Assembly: GCA_017886705.1 (NCBI GenBank) | Contig: JAGHJJ010000032.1 | Coordinates: forward strand, 1 to 47,476 | Direction of reading: 5' to 3' | Source of the DNA: Bacilli bacterium | GTDB taxonomy: Bacteria; Bacillota_I; Bacilli_A; RF39; UBA660 | Length of the DNA: 47,476 nt | In this document: positions 28,329 through 38,417 of the stretch, piece after piece | Layout of the letters: each line of letters begins with the position of its first letter | How positions within the stretch are numbered: the first letter of the stretch is position 1 | Made by a program: the position numbers and the translations under genes | The notes under the pieces: model-generated | The model's input: the letters and a program-made list of their open reading frames with translations, nothing else | Database searches by the model: none | What the model was told of the DNA's origin: nothing

Positions 28329-29615
28329 CTATAAAACGAGTTCTTCTTCTTTTGGTAACATAGTAACAACTGCCAAATTATGAAAATCGATTTGAGATAC
28401 AATCTTTTCTAATGTCTTCATATCCATACTACGGATAACATCTACTTTATTAGGAATAACCCTATGATAACGTATGATATCATCATAAACATTATTTACA
28501 GTCGCATCAATACTATCAGCAATCTTAACTTCATTGGCAATCCATACTTTTTTCATACGTTGAAACATAGCTTCATCTAACGGATGATTAGAAAGTTCTT
28601 TCTTAATTGCTTTTATTAATTCTTCAGGCTGATTCGTAGATGCTAAAATAATAAAAGTTTTATATTCTTCTATATTATCCCAATCAAGAAAAATACTATT
28701 AAGTAATTTCTGACTACGAGCATGTTCTCTAAAAATAGAAGAAGAACCAAATAACATCGTACTAAGCATCGTTAAATATAAATCAAGTTCTAAATCATCA
28801 TATTCTCCTAAATCTTTAATTGCAATCTTTAGTCCAACTCCAATCTTAGGAACTTGAATATTACCAGAAATAGAATCCTCCTTTTTACAAACAGACTTTT
28901 TCTCCTTTGCTGGTACAACACTAGCAATTCCCAAATTTTCTCTATAATCTAACTCTTCATGAACTACCTTGATAGCATCATCTACAGAAAAGTTACCAAC
29001 AACAAGTAAAAACATATTATTAGGACTATAAAAATTACGATAACACAAATATAAATCTTCTTTCGTAATCTTATTAATCTCATCTACCGTACCACCAATA
29101 TCTACTCTTCTTGGATGTACATGATAAATATTCTCCCGAAGTCTAGTCTCAAGTTGTACATCTGGCAAATCAGCATACATCTTCAATTCTTCCGCAATAA
29201 TACCTTTTTCTTTCTCAACATTATCATCAGTGTAATAAGGAGAATCAACATACTGAATCAAATAACGCAAATTATCTAAAAAATTTTTAGTACCATAACA
29301 AATATACTGCGTACTATTATAAGAAGTAGATGCATTAGATCCCGTACCAGTTTTAGAAAAATAAGCAAACGGATCCTCCCCAGATTCTTGCTCAAACATT
29401 TTATGCTCTAAAAAATGAGCAATACCATCAGGTACCTTAACTGCTTTCTTCTCTCCAGCAGGAATAAAATTAGTAACTTCTGATCCAAAATAAGTAGCAT
29501 AACTCATAAAATAATTAGCCTTATTTTCAAAAGGAATGAAAATAACATCAAGTCCATTATCCAAAGTTTCTGTATAAACAGCTAAATCTAATCCCTTTAA
29601 ATCAATTTTTTTCAT
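28329..29615 (-). CDS. M16-family zinc peptidase, active subunit
   Basis: Inverted zinc motif HFLEHKMFE (HxxEH). Overlaps the upstream M16 gene by 14 nt. Confidence 0.85.
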   Translation of the reverse strand: MKKIDLKGLDLAVYTETLDNGLDVIFIPFENKANYFMSYATYFGSEVTNFIPAGEKKAVKVPDGIAHFLEHKMFEQESGEDPFAYFSKTGTGSNASTSYNSTQYICYGTKNFLDNLRYLIQYVDSPYYTDDNVEKEKGIIAEELKMYADLPDVQLETRLRENIYHVHPRRVDIGGTVDEINKITKEDLYLCYRNFYSPNNMFLLVVGNFSVDDAIKVVHEELDYRENLGIASVVPAKEKKSVCKKEDSISGNIQVPKIGVGLKIAIKDLGEYDDLELDLYLTMLSTMLFGSSSIFREHARSQKLLNSIFLDWDNIEEYKTFIILASTNQPEELIKAIKKELSNHPLDEAMFQRMKKVWIANEVKIADSIDATVNNVYDDIIRYHRVIPNKVDVIRSMDMKTLEKIVSQIDFHNLAVVTMLPKEEELVL

Positions 29616-30873
29616 CGCTATCCCCCTCTAAAAAGAACACAGTATCAATCTTTACTTTTTTCGCAACCTTAACAATATCTTCTTTGGATACATTCATAAT
29701 ATTGCGTCTTTTTTCTTCAATCGTATCCGTACCAATTAACTCCATCATATAATAATTATCTAATATTTGATTAGGACTATCTTCAAGTTCATCTAACGCT
29801 GTACAAAAATATTCTTTCGCAACTCGAATTTCTTCATCATTAATTTTCCCTTTTTTCATATCTAATAAAATATTATCTATTAATTCTAATGTCTTAGTAT
29901 AATTTTCTTTATCAATACCAGCTCGAATTAATACTAAATGATCAAGTTTATTAGGAACAGAATTAATAACATAACAAAGGGAATACTTTTCTCTAACTTC
30001 TTTAAATAATTTAGAGTCTCCACTTCCTCCTAAGATAATATTAAATAACGTAAGAGCATAATTTCTCTCATAATCACTAAGTCCATGAACACGACATCCA
30101 ATAGCTAACTTAGATTGTGAAGTAGAAACAATCTCTTTTTCAAACAATCTCTTAGAACGAGGCCTAACATCTTCAAGTAAATAAGGGATTCTTTGTCTTT
30201 TTACTGTTTTAATAGGAATAACCTCACGAATCATCTGTGTCATTTCCTTAACATCAATATCTCCTATAACAAAAATATCCACTAAATCACTACGAATCAT
30301 TTTTTGATAATATTGATAGATAGAACTTGGTGTAATCTTTTCTAAATCTTCTAAATATCCTACCATACGATAAGAAGATACACGATTTTTATCCATAGTT
30401 TCAAATAATCGAAGTAAACTATAACTAGCACCATCCTCCTTCAAGGAAGAAAGATGACTCTTAGCAGTTGTTTTTACAATTTCTAATTTTTCTAAAGAAA
30501 ACTTCTGATTTAAAACATCGGGATGAAAAACAATTTCATTTAAAAAATCTAAAGCTTTCCTAAAATTTCCCTCTTCTGTGTATCTATCATGTAAAACGGA
30601 TAAATAAATATCTAAATTATTATAATTACCTAATCTAGAATTATAAGTTTGAATATCTGCAGCATATAAATCTTGTGCCGCAATCGTTAACTCTCTCTTA
30701 CTTGGATATTTACTACTAGATTGCAAAAACATATCACATAAAATATTACGAACCGTAATCTCCTCTTTAACAACAGGACTTCGAAAGGCAATTCGCACCG
30801 TAATAGTTTTAAACTTATTTGTCTTAATTAAATGTAAATTATAAGAACCTAAATCTTTTTTTACGTATTCCAT
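29602..30873 (-). CDS. M16-family peptidase-like protein lacking HxxEH (non-catalytic partner)
   Basis: M16 length and a pairing like Bacillus ymfF/ymfH. I see no HxxEH motif in the N-terminal region. Confidence 0.75.
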   Translation of the reverse strand: MEYVKKDLGSYNLHLIKTNKFKTITVRIAFRSPVVKEEITVRNILCDMFLQSSSKYPSKRELTIAAQDLYAADIQTYNSRLGNYNNLDIYLSVLHDRYTEEGNFRKALDFLNEIVFHPDVLNQKFSLEKLEIVKTTAKSHLSSLKEDGASYSLLRLFETMDKNRVSSYRMVGYLEDLEKITPSSIYQYYQKMIRSDLVDIFVIGDIDVKEMTQMIREVIPIKTVKRQRIPYLLEDVRPRSKRLFEKEIVSTSQSKLAIGCRVHGLSDYERNYALTLFNIILGGSGDSKLFKEVREKYSLCYVINSVPNKLDHLVLIRAGIDKENYTKTLELIDNILLDMKKGKINDEEIRVAKEYFCTALDELEDSPNQILDNYYMMELIGTDTIEEKRRNIMNVSKEDIVKVAKKVKIDTVFFLEGDSDEKN

Positions 30874-30896
30874 ACTTCACCCTTTTCTATATTATT

Positions 30897-31613
30897 TTAA
30901 AGTACTGCCGTATCTAATGCCAATTCTATCATCTGATTTAGTGATGTCTCTCTCTCCTCACTAGAAAGACTTCTCTTATCATAAAAAGAATCAACAACAG
31001 TCATCAAACAACTAGCTTCTCTACCTAGTTTTTTTGCAATATAAAACAAACCAAAAGCTTCCATTTCTACAGCTAAATAATCATCCCCTGGAAAATTAGT
31101 TCGAAAGACATCTTCACTATCTGTATATAAATCAAACACATCACTAGTAATAGTTTTACCAATTTTTACAGGAATATGTGCATCATCTGCAACTTTTTTA
31201 ATTTTATCATTCAAATTATGACTTGCTTCAATGTAATTAATATCTTGATTATCGAGCAACTGATCAAAATAACTTTTACAATAAGCACCAGTAGATAAAA
31301 CTACATCTAATAATTTTACATCTTTATGAAAAGAACCAGACGTACCAATACGAATAATTTTTTCTACATGATAAAACTTATATAATTCATAAGAATAAAT
31401 TCCAATACTCGGAACTCCCATACCAGAAGCAAATACGGTAACTCTCTTTCCCTTATAATATCCAGTATATCCGAACATATTTCTAACAGTATTAATTAAT
31501 TTATAATCCGTTAAAAAATTTTCTGCAATATACTTGGCACGTAAGGGATCTCCTGGCATAAGTACAACTTCTGCAATATCTTCTAACTTACTTTCTATAT
31601 GTGGCGTAGCCAT
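30897..31613 (-). CDS. deoD: purine nucleoside phosphorylase, DeoD type
   Basis: MATPHIE...VVLMPGDPLRAKYIAENFL and the VEMEA block closely match hexameric DeoD. Confidence 0.92.
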   Translation of the reverse strand: MATPHIESKLEDIAEVVLMPGDPLRAKYIAENFLTDYKLINTVRNMFGYTGYYKGKRVTVFASGMGVPSIGIYSYELYKFYHVEKIIRIGTSGSFHKDVKLLDVVLSTGAYCKSYFDQLLDNQDINYIEASHNLNDKIKKVADDAHIPVKIGKTITSDVFDLYTDSEDVFRTNFPGDDYLAVEMEAFGLFYIAKKLGREASCLMTVVDSFYDKRSLSSEERETSLNQMIELALDTAVL

Positions 31614-31678
31614 AACATACCTTCTTTCTACAATATTTATTATATCAAGAATAAAGAAAAATACAAAGAAAAAGAGTA

Positions 31679-32329
31679 CTAATTACTACTCTTAAACTTC
31701 TGATACCATGACTTAACACGTTCCTTGACATTATCTTTACCTTCTCTAAAATCATCACCAACTTGATCTTTAATATCACCTAAGGCGTGATAATTCTCTT
31801 CTCCCAAATAATTCTTAATCTTATCTAACACAGAAAGATAAATATCACTAACAAAATCTGAGGCAACTTGATACTTTTCCGATAAGTCTTCTCTCCAATT
31901 AGGAACAAACTCATCTCCTAAATCACCAATAGTATCAATACTATTCATAGTAATCTCTTTTCCCTCTGCAGTTAAATCATCAAAATAAACACCCTTAATT
32001 GGTTCATCATAAAAAATAAAATCAACACCTGTAATAAAAACATCTTTAATTTTACTTTTTGCTTCTTCTATTCTTTCTTGTTGAATAAACTCTTCAATAC
32101 TAGATAAATCAGAAGAAAAATAATCAAAAGAATTATCTTCTAAACTTTCTTGACCAGTATCGTAAGAATCTAGAGAATCATCTACTCTACTATCTTCGCT
32201 CTCCTGATTCAAAGAAGCAGATGGCATATCCAAATTATTAGATGACTGACCACATCCAGAACAAGAAAGAACAACGCCTCCACTTAATAATAAAACTTTT
32301 AAACTTGTAAAAATACGAACTTTCCTCAT
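31679..32329 (-). CDS. putative lipoprotein, acidic, unknown function
   Basis: Signal peptide with a lipobox-like VLSC/SGC. Asp/Glu/Ser-rich mature N-terminus. Confidence 0.55.
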   Translation of the reverse strand: MRKVRIFTSLKVLLLSGGVVLSCSGCGQSSNNLDMPSASLNQESEDSRVDDSLDSYDTGQESLEDNSFDYFSSDLSSIEEFIQQERIEEAKSKIKDVFITGVDFIFYDEPIKGVYFDDLTAEGKEITMNSIDTIGDLGDEFVPNWREDLSEKYQVASDFVSDIYLSVLDKIKNYLGEENYHALGDIKDQVGDDFREGKDNVKERVKSWYQKFKSSN

Positions 32330-32337
32330 ATTACCTC

Positions 32338-33255
32338 CTACTTAACTTTTTGCATAGCAATACTACTTTGATAAGAATCAATAAACCCGTCACCAGAAAT
32401 AGTATCAACCAAAGCATCACCATTATTTAAAAAATCAACTAAAGAAGAATAATCATCAGCATGTTGTGATACAAAATCAGAAAAAGGCAAAACTTGATAT
32501 TCAGATAAATTAGGAACTTTGCTTCCTCTTAATAAATCCACTTGATAAATAGAAGGACTAATTCCTTCTTGATATTGATCAACTAAATAACAATAATTAG
32601 AATTATAAACAACATCAACATCTTCTACCGGAACATAATTGATATAGCAAACATTATCCTCCGTACTAGAAACTCTAGAAACACCAAGATATTTTTTCTG
32701 CTCATATGTTGCTAAATCAAAAATAGTACTATCAACTTCTTGTAATATTTTTTGACTATCAAAAATTGTAAAATGTAAATACTTATCACTAACAGCACTA
32801 GAAAACAAAGTTGAGTAGCTTTCCATATATGCAGATAAAGGAATCACTTCATTCAACACAAGATCATCTGGAACAGCTCTATCTCGTAAATAATCGTAAT
32901 AAGTATTATACTTTCTTCCTTCTTCATAATCCTTTACAATATAAAAACTATCACTGGCTGTAAGAACAGAAAAAGAAGAAAGTGGCATATACCGAATACA
33001 GACAGAATCAGAATAAGAATTAGCATCATAAGAACGAACTAAAAAACCAACATAATCTTCTCCTAATCGAAAGGCTTCCTGACTTACTTCACCCAGACCA
33101 TATTCACCCTCTTCAGCTTCTTCTACTACTTCCTCTATAACTTGACTATCCTCTTCAGCAATAGGAACACTCTTAGTATTCTGACATCCAACCAAAGACA
33201 TTCCTGTAAAGAAAAATCCACTCATAATAGATAATTTTTTAATATGTTTTTTCAT
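32338..33255 (-). CDS. putative lipoprotein, unknown function
   Basis: MKKHIKKLSIMSGFFFTGMSLVGC contains the lipobox LVGC. I chose the internal ATG. Confidence 0.55.
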   Translation of the reverse strand: MKKHIKKLSIMSGFFFTGMSLVGCQNTKSVPIAEEDSQVIEEVVEEAEEGEYGLGEVSQEAFRLGEDYVGFLVRSYDANSYSDSVCIRYMPLSSFSVLTASDSFYIVKDYEEGRKYNTYYDYLRDRAVPDDLVLNEVIPLSAYMESYSTLFSSAVSDKYLHFTIFDSQKILQEVDSTIFDLATYEQKKYLGVSRVSSTEDNVCYINYVPVEDVDVVYNSNYCYLVDQYQEGISPSIYQVDLLRGSKVPNLSEYQVLPFSDFVSQHADDYSSLVDFLNNGDALVDTISGDGFIDSYQSSIAMQKVK

Positions 33256-33365
33256 AATTGTAATCCTCATATTTTCTTCTTAATAAAGAGAAAATAAGCT
33301 TTCTATTTAATAACATACTATACATCAAAATTTGGAAAAAGAAAAGGATAAACTCCTCTTCTTTA

Positions 33366-35648
33366 CTACTCTTCTTCTCCTTGATTATCAGTACTATCTA
33401 ACTGTACTAAAACTTCTCTAGGCTTCGCACCATTAGCCGGACCTACAATACCACGTTCCTCTAATAAATCAACAAGTCTTGCTGCCCGGTTATATCCAAT
33501 CTTAAATCTTCTTTGTAATAAAGAAGCACTAGCCTTTTGTGACTCGATAACAAACTGAACGACATCATTATAGATTTGATCATCATCATTAGCAGCATCA
33601 CCAAACTCGACTCCAGACGCATTATTAACATTATGATCACTAACTTCCAAATTCATTAATGACTCATCATATTGTGCTTTCTGCTGATTAATAGTAAAAT
33701 CAATAATTCGTTTAATTTCATCATCGGTAATAAAAGAACCTTGGATACGAGTCGGAGCATTTACACCAATTGGTAAAAATAACATATCACCTTTACCAAG
33801 TAACTTTTCAGCACCAGTCTGGTCTAGGATAGTACGAGAATCAATTCCAGATCCTACTGCAAACGAAATACGCGATGGAATATTAGCTTTAATTAAACCA
33901 GTAATAACATCAGTAGATGGTCTTTGTGTTGCAACTATCAAATGAATTCCAGCAGCACGTGCTTTCTGAGTAATTCTTAAAATAGAGTCTTCCACTTCTT
34001 TTGCTGCAACCATCATCAAATCAGCAAGCTCATCGATAATAACAACAATATAAGGAAGCCTAGCCTTTTTAACATCATCTGCTTTATGTTCTTCGTTCCA
34101 CTTATCAATATAAGCATTATAAGACTCAATATTCTTAGTCTTAGTCTCACTAAACGTCTCATAACGTCTCTCCATCTCAGCAACCATCTTACTAAGAGCA
34201 ACCGCTGCCTTTTTAGGATCACTAACAACTGGACACATCAAATGCGGAACCCCGTTATAAACAGAAAGTTCAACTACTTTAGGATCAACCATCACAAGTT
34301 TTACCTCATCTGGTCTAGCACGCATCAAAATAGAGCAAATAATACCATTAATACATACTGATTTACCAGAACCAGTAGTACCAGCAACTAACATATGAGG
34401 CATCTTATTAATCTCACAAACACCAATATCTCCCATGATACTCTTACCAAGAGGTACCATAAGTTTCTTATCAGGCGCATCCATCATCTTCTTACTACTA
34501 ATAATCTCATAAAAACTAACTGGTGTTGCTACATCATTAGCAAACTCAATTCCTACTGTATTTTTACCAGGAATAGGAGCTTCAATTCTAACATCTTTCT
34601 TAGCAAGAGCCAAAGCAATTTCCCGATTAATACTAGTAATCTTATTAACTCTAGTACCTGATGCAATCTCTAACTCGTATTGAGCAACTGTAGGTCCAAT
34701 ATGAACTTCTACAACTTTACCAACAATCTTAAAATCTTTTAATACTTTCTCTAATATCTCTATATTCTTCTCAATAGAAGAACCATCCATTTCTTTTTGT
34801 TTCTTCTTAGGTTGATCAAGTAAACTAATCGGTGGCAATTGATAAGAAGTATTTTGCATCGGAGCCTGTTCAGAACTAGTATTCTCTGTTTTCTCATCTT
34901 TAACATTTTCCTTAACTGGAACTTTAGTTAACTCATCAATACTAGTAATTTTAATATGTTTATCAGCATTACTTGCATCCTCTTCCTCTTCTTCTTCACC
35001 ATCACTAATAATAACAGCCTTTTTATCTTGTTTTTCTTTCTTCTCTTCTTTAGCATGAACAAGCTTTTCTTTTTGCTTTTGAAGTCCATCTTTTACAAAA
35101 CCAACAATAGAAAAACCAGTAAATAAACAAAAACCACATCCCATGAGTACCCAGGAAACAATCTGCATACCAGTATAAGAAAATAACTTATCAAAAATAA
35201 TCGCAAAAATTCCTCCAATAATACCTCCTCCAACAGCATACCAATCCTCTAAAATACCAGTATTCATAATACCATTAAAAGAAGCGACTAACTGATCAAT
35301 GGTTGCTCGAAAAATAAGCATCATATTACCATCATTTTGTAAAACAAAATCTTGATGCATAACAATCAAAAAGCCAAGGACAAAAATATATAATCCTATT
35401 AATTTCGTAGAAAAAAAATCAGGCCATGCTCGTTTTACTAATAAATAAGCACCAACAATAAAAAATACTAACAATAGTACCATATAAATAGAACCTACTA
35501 AAAATAACGCAAAAGAAGCAATCATTCTTCCAACCGGTCCATATTTACCAATTCCTAAAACAGAAGCAAGTAGCAATAAAAGACCATAAACTTCTAATTT
35601 ATATTCAAAACCACCCTTAGTTTGCTTTTTTTTCTTTTTCTTTGCCAT
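33366..35648 (-). CDS. ftsK: DNA translocase FtsK/SpoIIIE
   Basis: N-terminal TM helices, an acidic/Lys-rich linker, the motor domain with Walker A GTTGSGKS, and a C-terminal gamma winged helix (LLQRRFKIGYNRAARLVD). Confidence 0.95.
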   Translation of the reverse strand: MAKKKKKKQTKGGFEYKLEVYGLLLLLASVLGIGKYGPVGRMIASFALFLVGSIYMVLLLVFFIVGAYLLVKRAWPDFFSTKLIGLYIFVLGFLIVMHQDFVLQNDGNMMLIFRATIDQLVASFNGIMNTGILEDWYAVGGGIIGGIFAIIFDKLFSYTGMQIVSWVLMGCGFCLFTGFSIVGFVKDGLQKQKEKLVHAKEEKKEKQDKKAVIISDGEEEEEEDASNADKHIKITSIDELTKVPVKENVKDEKTENTSSEQAPMQNTSYQLPPISLLDQPKKKQKEMDGSSIEKNIEILEKVLKDFKIVGKVVEVHIGPTVAQYELEIASGTRVNKITSINREIALALAKKDVRIEAPIPGKNTVGIEFANDVATPVSFYEIISSKKMMDAPDKKLMVPLGKSIMGDIGVCEINKMPHMLVAGTTGSGKSVCINGIICSILMRARPDEVKLVMVDPKVVELSVYNGVPHLMCPVVSDPKKAAVALSKMVAEMERRYETFSETKTKNIESYNAYIDKWNEEHKADDVKKARLPYIVVIIDELADLMMVAAKEVEDSILRITQKARAAGIHLIVATQRPSTDVITGLIKANIPSRISFAVGSGIDSRTILDQTGAEKLLGKGDMLFLPIGVNAPTRIQGSFITDDEIKRIIDFTINQQKAQYDESLMNLEVSDHNVNNASGVEFGDAANDDDQIYNDVVQFVIESQKASASLLQRRFKIGYNRAARLVDLLEERGIVGPANGAKPREVLVQLDSTDNQGEEE

Positions 35649-35742
35649 AGTGATACTCCTTATACTTAGTTATTACAAACATATTATACAACAAATCATA
35701 AAAATACTAAACACCAAAACACAAATTTAACAGTAAAGAAAA

Positions 35743-36858
35743 TTATAATACTTTTTGATAAACTTTATTATTCCCAGAAAAATCCCAATGAATTCCTTCT
35801 TCTTTAGTAATATGATAATTATTATCACATCGTAAAAAATCAACATCCATAGAAGAAACACTACCCTTTTCATAATGCAGATAAGAAAGATAAGCAACAA
35901 CACCTCCTAAATTATATTTACTAGTAGAAGGAACTCCTAAATAAATGATTTGTTTTTCAGGAGTAAAAGGACAATTAGAACTATAAATAAAACCATTATG
36001 TAAATGAGCAGACCATAAAACATCATGGCGATTATCTAGCCAGCGTTTTTCTTGTGCTAAATCATCAAGACCAGAGATTTTCACATCAGGTCGAATCCAA
36101 CTAAAGTATAACCGGTGACTAAAATGCATAGAAATATTAGAATCATGAGAAAGATTAGGAAAATTAATAATAAACTTTTCTCTAGGAATAACGAAATAAC
36201 TAGGTCGATAACTATTTAATCCTCTTAAATCAAAAGTATAATGTTGCCTATAATCCACTCTAGGATGAAAAAATCCTTGAATAAACTCATCATGATTTCC
36301 AATATTAGCATAAGTTCTCATCTCCCTAGGAGATGGATTAGGATAAAAAGAAATAAAAGAATTAAGCTGCTCAAGCATTTCCTCTTTAGAAAATATTTTA
36401 TTCTTGTCTTTTGGTCCATGAAACTGATCTCCTAACAAAAAACATACAGTAGCTCCTTCTCCAATGACAAAGTCATATAAGCTATCTAACATACGAAAAT
36501 CTTCAAACTCTGGATTTCCAATATGTGTATCAGCCATATGCATAAAAATCTTATCAGAAACACAATCATCCACCGTAAAAGAATAATGATGTCTAGAATA
36601 AGAAGAATTACGAAGTCTAGAACTATCGATATAAGAATACACTGCTCCTTGATTCCAATAATCATCTCGTTGAATAGAACCTTCATAAGTAAGTAAATCT
36701 GAAATAACGCCAAAAAAATCTTTATCATCAAGCAAAATTCCTTTCGCTTCTAACAAAGATTTTAACTCTAAATCAGTAATACCATCCGGATGTTGCTGGA
36801 TTATATCACAAACCGTACAATATAAAGGCAGTCTCTTGTAGTAATATTCAAAATCCAT
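35743..36858 (-). CDS. calcineurin-like metallophosphoesterase with about 100-aa N-terminal extra domain
   Basis: Contains MADTHIG (DxH), LLGDQFHG (GD), GNHDE (GNHD/E) and SAHLHNG. ATG at 36858 has an AGGTGA SD. Confidence 0.75.
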   Translation of the reverse strand: MDFEYYYKRLPLYCTVCDIIQQHPDGITDLELKSLLEAKGILLDDKDFFGVISDLLTYEGSIQRDDYWNQGAVYSYIDSSRLRNSSYSRHHYSFTVDDCVSDKIFMHMADTHIGNPEFEDFRMLDSLYDFVIGEGATVCFLLGDQFHGPKDKNKIFSKEEMLEQLNSFISFYPNPSPREMRTYANIGNHDEFIQGFFHPRVDYRQHYTFDLRGLNSYRPSYFVIPREKFIINFPNLSHDSNISMHFSHRLYFSWIRPDVKISGLDDLAQEKRWLDNRHDVLWSAHLHNGFIYSSNCPFTPEKQIIYLGVPSTSKYNLGGVVAYLSYLHYEKGSVSSMDVDFLRCDNNYHITKEEGIHWDFSGNNKVYQKVL

Positions 36859-36936
36859 ATACTTCACCTATTAGTAAAATATTATAATGGATTTAAATCA
36901 AAGATACAATAAATTTTTATTTATGATTAACTTCAC

Positions 36937-37518
36937 TTACACCGTCATTAAAAAAATAGTATCTAACTTTTGTTTTAAATCTTTTGCAGCAAGACTTCTA
37001 GCACTGCACTGATTCTTCTCATCAAAAGTTAACTCAGCTAAAGTCTTCCCATTAGGAAGTTCAAAAATAGAGTCAAACCCGAAACCAAGTTCTCCTCGAG
37101 GAAAAGAAGCAATTCTTCCTTCTAATATACCCGTACCAGTAATAGGCTTCTCTAAAGAATCATAATACACTAACTGACAAACAACTTTAGCACTCCGATT
37201 AGATAAACCTTGACATTTTTCTATAATTGCTAAATTTCTCTCCTCATCAGTAGCATTCTCTCCCAAAAAACGATGCGTCATAACTCCAGGCCAGCCATCT
37301 AGAGAATCAATGCAAAGACCGGAATCATCAGCTAAAGATGCCTGCTTCGTAATAGAATAAACTTCCTTAGCTTTCTTAGTAGCATTTCCTAAAAAACTAT
37401 CCTGGTCTTCCAAAACATCAACACTAACAGAAACATCTGCTAAAGATAAAATTTCATAATTTGATAATATCTCTCTAATTTCTTTTAATTTTCCCTGATT
37501 ATTAGTTGCAAAAATCAT
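36937..37518 (-). CDS. rdgB: non-canonical purine NTP pyrophosphatase (RdgB/HAM1 family)
   Basis: IFATNNQGKLKE and GELGFGFDSIF signatures. The start lies 8 nt after the upstream stop and has an AGGAGAA SD. Confidence 0.9.
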   Translation of the reverse strand: MIFATNNQGKLKEIREILSNYEILSLADVSVSVDVLEDQDSFLGNATKKAKEVYSITKQASLADDSGLCIDSLDGWPGVMTHRFLGENATDEERNLAIIEKCQGLSNRSAKVVCQLVYYDSLEKPITGTGILEGRIASFPRGELGFGFDSIFELPNGKTLAELTFDEKNQCSARSLAAKDLKQKLDTIFLMTV

Positions 37519-37526
37519 AAATTCTC

Positions 37527-38417
37527 CTATTTCATAATAATATCTTTTACTTTTTCTACTTGTTCATTTAATGTTAAATTAGTACAGTCTACTAAAAACA
37601 ATTTCCCTTCTAACATATCATGTTCCATCATATATTGATAGGTTTCAAAATAAAGTTGATTATATTGATAAGCCTCTTTATCAAAATCACTAATTACATC
37701 TCGCATAGAAATTCTACGTTCCAATTCTATCTTATCATAATTTACTAAAAAAACAACTTTATCATCATGAGTTTTTAAATATTCTCGATATCGTTTTACC
37801 CTTTCTTCCATAGGAACAGTAAATAACATATATTTAGAAAACATATCCATAGAGCGATCTTTACAAATAATACCAGACAAAAGAAGTCTCTGAATAGTAA
37901 CACTCTTTCCTACCGCATCAGTTCCTTCAATAATTGTAGAATTAGATAAAATACTTCCCTGATAAATTTCACTATTTTCATATCTTTTATTACCTGTAAC
38001 TTCCACAAATCCCTTAGGAGGCTGATATCCATCTAAAGAAGCCTCATCACTAGCTACTTCAACCATAATCATAGAAACCGGCTCTAAAAAACAGTCAACA
38101 TCAATATCATAAGGACCATCTTTATAATATTTACGAATTTTGCGAATCTTTCTACCTGTATCTCGTAAAACTTTTGTAAACTCTTCTTCACTAATCTCTA
38201 CAACATCAGTAACTTTACCCTGTTTAAAATTTCTAGTATATTTCATCTGCCCGTGATCATTATATCTACGATACTTATAACCATTACAAAAGGTCTGCGT
38301 TAGTTCATACTCTTCAATTTCCCTCATACTACCTAAATATTCTTCTAAAAAATTTTCTTTAGTAGGAATAAATTTTCTTTCTTCATTATTGAGTTTACCA
38401 AGTCTTAAAACTACCAT
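37527..38417 (-). CDS. CYTH-domain :: Tmk-like P-loop kinase fusion protein
   Basis: Residues 10-150 carry CYTH hallmarks: NEERKFI (a variant of ExExK with Asn in place of the first Glu), RKIRKYY, DIDVDCF, MVEVAS and VEVTGNKRYENSEI. Residues 160-296 start with IIEGTDAVGKS (nt 37902-37925). This matches the EGTDxxGK P-loop of the Tmk-like gene at 11980..12648. Confidence 0.75.
   Translation of the reverse strand: MVVLRLGKLNNEERKFIPTKENFLEEYLGSMREIEEYELTQTFCNGYKYRRYNDHGQMKYTRNFKQGKVTDVVEISEEEFTKVLRDTGRKIRKIRKYYKDGPYDIDVDCFLEPVSMIMVEVASDEASLDGYQPPKGFVEVTGNKRYENSEIYQGSILSNSTIIEGTDAVGKSVTIQRLLLSGIICKDRSMDMFSKYMLFTVPMEERVKRYREYLKTHDDKVVFLVNYDKIELERRISMRDVISDFDKEAYQYNQLYFETYQYMMEHDMLEGKLFLVDCTNLTLNEQVEKVKDIIMK

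Noticed and set aside
34016-34661. Three track ORFs (34016..34228 minus, 34086..34361 plus, 34395..34661 plus) inside ftsK
   Set aside because: They lie entirely within the well-supported ftsK frame, either antisense or out of frame. Their products are low-complexity and I see no SD. They are typical AT-rich shadow ORFs.
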